Source of the DNA: Adineta vaga
Lineage: Eukaryota; Animalia; Rotifera
Direction: 5' to 3'
NCBI GenBank assembly: GCA_021613535.1
Contig: CP075495.1
Span: 13,578,001 to 13,642,000, forward strand
DNA length: 64,000 nucleotides
Under the pieces are notes generated by a model. That model worked only from the letters and a program-made list of their open reading frames with translations. It ran no database searches and was not told the origin of the DNA. The position numbers and the translations under genes are program-made. Below, piece by piece: positions 55,730 to 64,000 of the stretch; position 1 is the first letter of the stretch, and each line of letters begins with the position of its first letter.

Positions 55730-57155
55730 CGATCGATCGAAGATCGAAGAATTGAAAAAAAAATGATATGAATATTCGATAGAATGCTAGAAGAAAAAGA
55801 AAAAAAATGAATTCGTTTTTTATTTTGTCAATATTTTCTCTATGTCGTTCTTTTTCGCTGATCACACGTTATCAAAAACATCCTATGAGTCAACAAGTAT
55901 AAATAAATCAGCTGATCAAGTTTGTCATGTGCTGTGGAATAATTATCAATGACGACGCTAGCTATAATCAATGTTTATACATCAGAAATTCGTAGTTATA
56001 ATCATTGCTTATATGTACTGGTAGTTTCTTTTTTTCTTCTTCGTCTTTCTTAACAAGGCGGACCGACTGATACGATGTTCGTTTGTCCGTCCGTCGCTAC
56101 GCATTTAGGAGAATTCTTTTTGTCCTTGTCAACATAGAGTGATCCATTAAATAAACAAGAGAGAAATGAAAATACTTCCATTAATTAGAAGAAATTTCTT
56201 CATCTTCATATACGGAAGAAGAAACACTAAACACTACGTCGAAATAACGATGAGATCATCGAGCACGCAGAAAAAAAGGAAGAAGAATAACAACAACAAA
56301 TAATAGAAAAAATATCAAATTATGTGAATAGTAGAGGAATATAGTTGTTTGTTATGGTTGACAAAGAAAATCTCATTGGTTAATATAAACCAATTGAATT
56401 GTCTCGCATGATGACTCATTTCGTTCAGTTGGAGTGAGTCGGACCATATATAGAGAGAGAAAGAGAGAGAGACAGAGAGACAGAGAGAGTTTTCTTTACT
56501 TGTTCTGTTCTTCGTTAAGATTGATTAAAATTTTAAGTTCTTTTTTTTTCTCACTCTTTTACTCTCAGTTCTTTTTACGTCGCATAACGTCAATGTTTGT
56601 TTACAAAGACGCCATGAAAATATTATTCCGAAGTAATGTAGAGAATAGTTAGGTTACTTTTTTATTTCATATAGAATAAAACCATTATTTTTCTTTTTGT
56701 GTAAACAATAGAGACTATTCATTATTAGTTCTATTTGTCCAAGATAACGTGACGGTATTCTCTATTGACAAGCTCGGTCAGCCTTTGTTCAACAGTTGGG
56801 TGTATTTGTGGTCACTAGTTATTCTACCGAGAGGTCGTGCCATTAGCCCCGTTTTTTCTTCTCTCCCTCTCTTTATCCCTTTTGCTCTCGTTTTTTTTCT
56901 TTACTATCGTTGCTCCGTCGTTGACATTCGTTTATGAAAAAGGACACATATTGTGTACTATTGCCCTATTGACTTTTGACGGAAGGAAACGAAGGGTAAT
57001 GGAATGAACGTTCTACCGTTGACCTGTTATAATCATCGCGCGCGTGTGCGCGCGTGTGTGTCCCATTCGTATTCTTTAATGATCATTCAAATCCATTAAT
57101 CTTTTTATCTATAGTTATAGATTTTCGTGAATCTTAGCTTAAAAAAATCTCATTA

Positions 57156-57841
57156 ATGGATTCATCAAGTAACAGTATCGGCTGTAATCTCGGATATTTT
57201 CGAAACATTCCTGGTATCCTCAAAATTATTGAACTTGTAAATAGAATTTTCACTTTATATATATACAAGAAAAGAACAATCATATTTCTTTTCTTACTTA
57301 GCTCTGTGATCTTCTTGGAACAATTTTGGCTGGAGCTGCGCCTATTTGTGACGGTACTTCTGGAAAAAGAGGTTTTTATTTATTTGTTTCTATTGTTGGG
57401 TTAATTATTACATTTATATTATTAATTTTGAATTTATTAAATGTTCCTAACGTTGTCCTACGTGGTCGATGGCCACTGATTGTAAGCGTTGATGAAATAC
57501 TTTTGACGAAATCTTCAAAAAATTATTCAATTTAGGAAATGGGCTGGTGTGCATTTATTACATTGTTCTATTTTATCGCAGGTATTGTTATAGCGACAGC
57601 TGGGAGCTGTCATGGTACCTATGGAGCTGCAGCGGTAATTAATCGATAATAAGAAGCTTATTTTGAAAAAAAAGAAATCTCTTCTTGTGTTTTGTAGTTC
57701 TTTGGGTTTGCAGCTATGATTACTTATGCAGCTGATGCATTTTTTCAATTTCGAGCACATCGAAGTGGCTCATTGAATGAACCTGGACAACAATACGCTC
57801 CTAATCCAGCAGGTCCTCCACGACCACAACCAACTTATTAA
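57156..57841 (+). CDS. MARVEL-domain membrane protein (plasmolipin/CMTM-like), 4 exons
   Basis: GYFRNIPGILKIIEL, FYLFVSIVGLIITFILL, WPLIEM, GAAAFFGFAAMITYAADAF: four TM helices. Confidence 0.85.
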
Positions 57842-59275
57842 AGAAATTAAATCGATTCTCATTGATTATCCTCATAGTGAAAGTATTTTCTAATTTATTC
57901 TTCATAGAATTTCATTAACTGATCAAACATTTTTCTCTTCGTTTTTCTTTTTTGATAATAGCAAATAATCTCTTCGTAGTTTTCTCCTCTATCTCACATT
58001 CCATGAAATCTTGCTTTTTGTTTTGCTTTTTTTCTGCTGATACAAAATGAATTTTTTTCATATGATACCGTTTTTTTTGTGATGAAAAATCAGAATGATC
58101 TGAATTTGTAGTTTGAATGACGTCCATCCTATTTACCAATTTCTATTTGTTGTTTACTAATTAATTTTCTTCACATTTTATTGTTCACTTTCTTCGCGTC
58201 CATTTGCACAGTGACAATTCTATTGAGAATAAAATTCAAACAAGAAAATCTCTCTCACCAATGCTATTTATTCGCCAATGTATATCTAGGCATATATATA
58301 TATATTATTTATCACTTCATCTCCTTACACTGATCTGTCGTTCTGATATTGCTTTGGTTTTATTGAGTTTGTTCTAATATCAATCAAGATCAACGCCATC
58401 ATACGGTATATGTCGAGCTACGATAGACATTGAGATAGCTTACTTCTCTCAATGTATTTTTGCTTCTATATTTATTAACGATCGTTCTTCTTCTTTCTTC
58501 TTGATCTACAAGATCTAGATTGATTATTGGTATTTCGTCACTGAACTGGAAAGATGCAAAGTTAGCAAATCAAATCGAGCTTGATTCTTTTATTATTATC
58601 TCGTTTCATTGTTTCTGTATGCTAAATCTAGGGTGTCAAATGAGAAAAACGTTTCTTTCTTCGCAAGAAAAAAAAACGAACGATTCTACAATATTGTAGA
58701 TCTCTCGTTCTATATGAAGTTTCCTATTTGTACAATGACGTATATCAGACGCCTACTTGTCAACCGACTGAAGGATAGAAAAACAGCATTATAACTATAC
58801 AACACATTATTTTCTTATCCAGTTCTATTGCATTGTGACAAACGACAGCGTTAACAACATCACATCTCTCGTTTCTATTACTTTTCAATATACTACCGTT
58901 GATATTTCTCAAAATATACATTATAACGAGTTTTTAGATTGCGTCAATCAAATATTATTTAGAAGGTTTTTTTTCTCAAGAAAATCATTCAATATTTCTG
59001 TAGAATAAAGGTACAATAATGAAAAGTAAACTAATGTCTTTTTTTTCTGTAGAAATATTAGACAACTAAAGATATAACAGATTTTCTTTTCTTTGTTTAT
59101 TATCCAGTCCAATTACTGGTAAGAAATTTTGACCTTATCTGACATTGTCTGCTTTTGCGACAAAAGATATATGGAAAATTACCTAAAAAAAAAAGAAAAA
59201 AAGACCTAGGCGATAACGAACAGTCAAGATATCAGATAATTATTATCTTTTCCTTTTCTTAGAAATTATTTACAA

Positions 59276-60159
59276 ATGGCTAATGCATCACAAATTCAAT
59301 TTTCATTAATTAATTCACTTGGTTCACTTGAATATGGTAAAGCATTCTTAAATCAACCACGTGGTATTGCTTATCGACCAAGTGATGCATTATTATTCAT
59401 TGCTGATTCAAAAAATGAACGTGTCGTGGCGTTTACTGAAGACAATAAATTAGCTCGAATTATTAGTCATTATGGAACGAAAAATGGTTTAGCTGTAATG
59501 AGTAATGATCAAGTATTGATGAGTGATGAATTACAAGTATTAGTTTTAAGTAATGATCTTCGTTTAACACGAACAATTGCTTGTGATGATGCTCAAGCTG
59601 GTTTAACGAATTATCAAGGTATTTGCGTTGATGAACATGATTTAATCTATGTATGTGATCAAGCAAATCGACAAATAAAAGTTTATGATCCAAAAAGTGC
59701 AAATCTTGTACGATTTTTTGGTGATAAAAATCTTTTTAGTTCACTTGCATATTGTACAGCAGCAAATGGATATATTTATGTTACAGATCCTCAAGGTTAA
59801 TTTCATTTTGATATCAACAGAATTTCTCTTATTTGTTTCTATATAATCAATTATTAGGTTCATGTGTTCATAAATTTACATTGGATGGAATCTATGAGAG
59901 ACGTTTTGGAAGTGAAACAAGTGCTGTGTTTCCTCATCCATTGTCAAGTCCTCGTGGTATAACAGCATTTTCTGATACACGCCAATTACTTGTTGCTGAT
60001 TCTCATAATGATCGTCTTGTACTTTTTGATGAAAGTGGAGAATTTCAAAAATTACTTACAACTGGTATCGAATATCCCGAATCATTAGCAACTAATACGA
60101 AAGGTGACGTATTCGTTGCTATGACTGATCGAATTGATGTTTTCTCTCGAAAAAACTAA
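59276..60159 (+). CDS. Stand-alone NHL-repeat beta-propeller protein, 2 exons
   Basis: LNQPRGIA...LFIADSKNERV, YQGICVD...IYVCDQANRQI, LSSPRGI...LLVADSHNDRL, IEYPESLA. Confidence 0.88.
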
Positions 60160-60602
60160 TTTTTAGCAAAAAACCTTTTTTTTTCTTCTAAATAACCTCT
60201 TTCTTCAAACCTTTTCTATTAATGTGTTTCATTCGTACATATATTTATATATATATATAAGCATAATTATGTATTTTATTTAATATAAACTTCTCAGAAT
60301 ACAAAGAAAATTAGTCACCGATTTGAATATAGATTATCGAAAGATCTTTAGGTTCCCGTGATATATATATAGAAAGAGAAGTTTCTTTTTTCTCTCATTT
60401 CTGTGCTATATAATATATATTCGTATTGATTATACGAAAGAATCAATAAAATATCATTATGATATAAAAAAAAAGAAAAGAAACTAACCGTATTGATCGT
60501 CAAATGGATAAGAACGAAAAGAAAACAAACAAATATAAGTATTAATTTCACAAATAATAGAAAAAAAAACACACACATAAATCTACTACGAAAATATAAT
60601 GA

Positions 60603-61287
60603 TCACAGACGAAGATTTGAACATTCATTCTTATGTTGATTTTCAAGTCGAGAAACAGTCATTTGCATATGACATGTCGGACAAGTAGTCGTTTCACTGT
60701 TCGCACGAATCAAATGATTTGCCATAGTTTTACGTGTTGTTCGTTGAAACAGAATTTCTTTTGCTTTAGCTTCTGTTCTAGCACGTTGTTTACTTTTTTC
60801 TAGTAATTCTTTTCCTGCATCACTATTATGAATTAAACAAGCAGTGGTATGTACATCAAGAATATCATTCGAAATTAATCGATCACATACAGGACAACGT
60901 TCACTTTCAGCAATTGGTAATGGCGGAAGAATCGATGATAGTTTTGTTGTTTTTTTAGGTGAACGTTTTTTAGCAATAAATTCGTCGATTCTTCGTTGAC
61001 CAGCATTCGTTTCATTGATACGAAGTGCTAGAAATAAAATTCATAGTTCATTTCATTGAAAAGATAAACTTACCTGCTGCTCGTTTAGGTCGAGCATTAC
61101 TTAATCGATCGATTTCATTTTCTTGTTCAAGTATTGATGCTTCATTTCGACGACGTTTTCGTGACTTTTTTACTTTATTAGATCCATCATCATTATCTGA
61201 TTCTTGATTTTCTTCTGAAAGTTTTGTTTGTGTAGCATCGTATAATATTTTTAATTCATCATCGCCTTCTTTTGTTTCATAAAACAT
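60603..61287 (-). CDS. 212-aa protein with NLS, PIP-box-like motif and two C2HC (UBZ4/RAD18-like) zinc fingers; exons 61287-61074 and 61027-60603
   Basis: KKSRKRRR; QRRIDEFIAKKR; CPVCDRLISNDILDVHTTAC; CPTCHMQMTVSRLENQHKNEC; phase-1 46-nt intron. Confidence 0.75.
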
Positions 61288-61956
61288 TTTGTTTTTGAAA
61301 AAAAAAATGATCTATAAAAACAAATCAACTAAAATGAATACTTTCTTAGATTCAAAGATATTTGATGCAATTCGACAAATAGAAGATGAGTATACCATGA
61401 TCGTTCTCAAAATACAAAAAATGCAATACAATTCTATTAACGCATTGAACCTAAGCATCCAAATTTGATGAATAAAGAGGTCGCTAGAGATCAACATATA
61501 CAGATTAAATTACGTCCTGAAGTTTTTAATCTTTATCTAACGTATCCTAATGGATTTTATGATGATAGTATGTACGATAAAGGAAAGAATAAAGAAATAA
61601 CTGAATTTCTAATTAAAGATCATACTTTAATAGTTGATTAGGATACAATTAACACAATCTTTGTATTGATTGTAATATTATATGTATTATATATAAAAAG
61701 TAGTCACTACAAAAAATACATTGAAGAGCAATAATATGCATCCTGAAATACAAGTTTTGTTGCTTAATTCTATTCAATTATTTGCAATATTATTATTGAA
61801 TAAGTCTAAATGATATGTAAAACTCATATAGTAACTGTTATAACGAAAAAAAAATGGCAATTACAATGCAGTCTTACCATGATCATGGTGAAAATTCATA
61901 TTATTTTCAATCCAAAAATACAAAAGCAATGATCATCTGAAAATTGGTAGTACAAG

Positions 61957-62534
61957 CAGTGTTTCCAATAGCAGGTGTACACTGTATATGCAAAATGTAC
62001 TGTACATCTGCAATTTTGTTTTACACTCTGATTTGCACTTTGCTCGAAAAAACAGAGTGTACAGTGTACATCTTGTTAAACTTATTTACACCTTCATTCC
62101 AGAGTTATAGAAAGAGTAGATAATAGTATATTCTGACCTCTTCGAGACAATTTTATCATTGGTCAAATCAAGAAATTTTATTTGGGCCGACAATCAAGAC
62201 AATTGCTCAAGATGGTTATGCAGTAATTGCAGAATTAAATAAAATATTACTGTAGATTCATTATGGTTTTGTTCAGATCATGATGATATGCATCGAGATG
62301 AAAACCAGGATTTAGATGATTGATATGTTGGCGATTTGGTATTTGAAAATATTTCTACAATAACTTATATCTATATTGCAAACTTTTTTGTCACATTTTT
62401 TTTGATTTTTCACGTTGGAAAAAAAATCAGGATATGTACACTTTGCTCGAAAAAGTAAAGTGTACACATACACTTTGCCTACCTAAGCAAAGTGTACCGG
62501 TACATTTTATTCGGGATTTCTATTGGAAACCCTG
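61957..62534. mobile_element. Non-autonomous hAT-type DNA transposon (MITE), 578 bp
   Basis: TIRs CAGTGTTTCCAATAG (61957-61971) and CTATTGGAAACCCTG (62520-62534), 14/15 match. 8-bp flanks AGTACAAG and AGTAGAAG, 7/8 match. Subterminal CACTTTGCTCGAAAAA and TGTACA repeats. No ORF. Confidence 0.85.
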
Positions 62535-64000
62535 AGTAGAAGTATCCATATCTCATTTCAAAACATTTGTATTTACTTCTTTGTACAATAGTTCGAAGAT
62601 ATAGTTTATTTTTATCACAATTTATATCAACGAGCAAAAATTTCTATAAAAAATGCCATTCAAAATCAATGATTGACTGCAATCCGCAATATGTTTCCGT
62701 CTCACACGTATAGGTAATTTATGCACACTATATTTACCACTACGTTGATTTTTTAAAATTTATCCATCACAGAAAAAATACATCAAGCGTATGATTTCAA
62801 TTTAATACTTTTGGTCAATTTCAAACCGAGAAATTCGATTATGAATCCACGTTAAGAATATAAACAACCAATGGACTTTGTTGAATCGATTAGCCCTTTC
62901 AATTCCGAGAATTTCTTGTGTTCTGTATAAGCACGAAAAAAAGAAAAAAAATCTCTCTCTTGCGTTCAGTCAGCTGTATTCCAGTTTAGTGTGATCTTTA
63001 AGACACATAAGAAATAAGAAGAAATTGCTGTTTTAAAACGTTATATATAGATTGAACATCACATGATATTCGTCTTATAAGATGACGAAAAAAATAAAAT
63101 AAGATCTTTTGGGTTCTGTATGTCATCTACGAGATGATATGAAAGACTGAAAGGGTTAAACTAATAAAATCGAATAAATAAACTCATACATTATTCGAAC
63201 ACTTTATCAACATACAACAATTAACTTTTACTAGTGATAAACTTTCCAAGTTGCAAGCAATTTATGTGTCAATGTCAAACACAACAAACTAATTCTCAGA
63301 TGTGCAACGGCTGGAAAGTAACAACAATCTAATTTTCATATACACTTTAGCACTTTCCATCGTACAAATTTTGCTTGACACATTACAACTTATAAAATAT
63401 TACGATACACGTGTGTATATCTTGATCTTCATAAGAAAACTCTCGAACCATTTACCTCTGAAACTTATATACTCCTAGAGAGTTCATGGAGAATTTGATT
63501 CTGTGACAAATTCAAACTCAGTCGCAAATTTTGAAAGAACAAAATCATCAAACTAATTAAGTGATGAAACACGTGAATGGCGTAACATTTCTCTTATGCA
63601 AGGATATCTATACGCAAAATATTATCATAAACTATATAGAAATCACTATCGGTATACCAGTATTTGTGGTCGTTCCAACGGAGTAGTTCATATGGTGTTC
63701 CGATACAGATCGCATAGGTGGTATGTATGATATATTGAGTATATGTAGTATAAGTGGTATAGATTATATAGGTAGTATATGCCTTATACAGATGAACAAC
63801 ATTTGGTATGGATTATAAACCAGAATGAAACCGATCGGATAAAGGAAACACTCGGTGATTTCAACAAGCAGATTTTATACAAATCTTTGTCATTGATTAC
63901 ATCGGAATTGTTTTTGACTGATTCTTGAAATTGAATAAATTGAGAACATGATTATAATTATCTGAAGTCAAGAAAAGAATAAGAATTATTTCTTTTTTTC

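Noticed and set aside
56057-56096. GC-rich hairpin upstream of the USP gene
   Set aside because: About 11-bp imperfect stem; cannot support an RNA gene without data.
1-64000. CRISPR arrays, tRNA/rRNA genes, autonomous transposase or reverse-transcriptase ORFs
   Set aside because: None seen by eye; no regularly spaced repeats or diagnostic motifs.

Overview
AT-rich eukaryotic (metazoan) genomic DNA with compact multi-exon genes and mostly 45-70 nt GT-AG introns. Gene content, intron size and a bacterial-type gene carrying an intron point to a bdelloid rotifer (inference). About 21 genes can be assembled by hand: KChIP-type calcium sensor, NR5A/FTZ-F1 nuclear receptor, DNAI4/WDR78, a divergent POU-like homeobox gene with a frameshift, an FPRIamide neuropeptide precursor missed by the ORF track, TMEM237, mitofusin, a Zn-finger/vWA protein, NAF1, a GPR158-like GPCR, two uncharacterised genes, FoxL1, a secreted potato-inhibitor-I-like protein, a bacterial-type truncated pyruvate kinase, CSN6, a USP44/49-like deubiquitinase, a MARVEL protein, an NHL-repeat protein and a small PIP-box/UBZ-like protein. 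There is also a hAT-type MITE. Highlights: the neuropeptide precursor; the likely horizontally acquired pyruvate kinase and its head-to-head inhibitor neighbour; two alternative first exons plus clustered NR5A-type sites in the FTZ-F1 gene; the Y50 homeodomain; and the PIP/UBZ protein. All gene models were spliced by eye, family calls rest on recalled motifs, and no database search was run.
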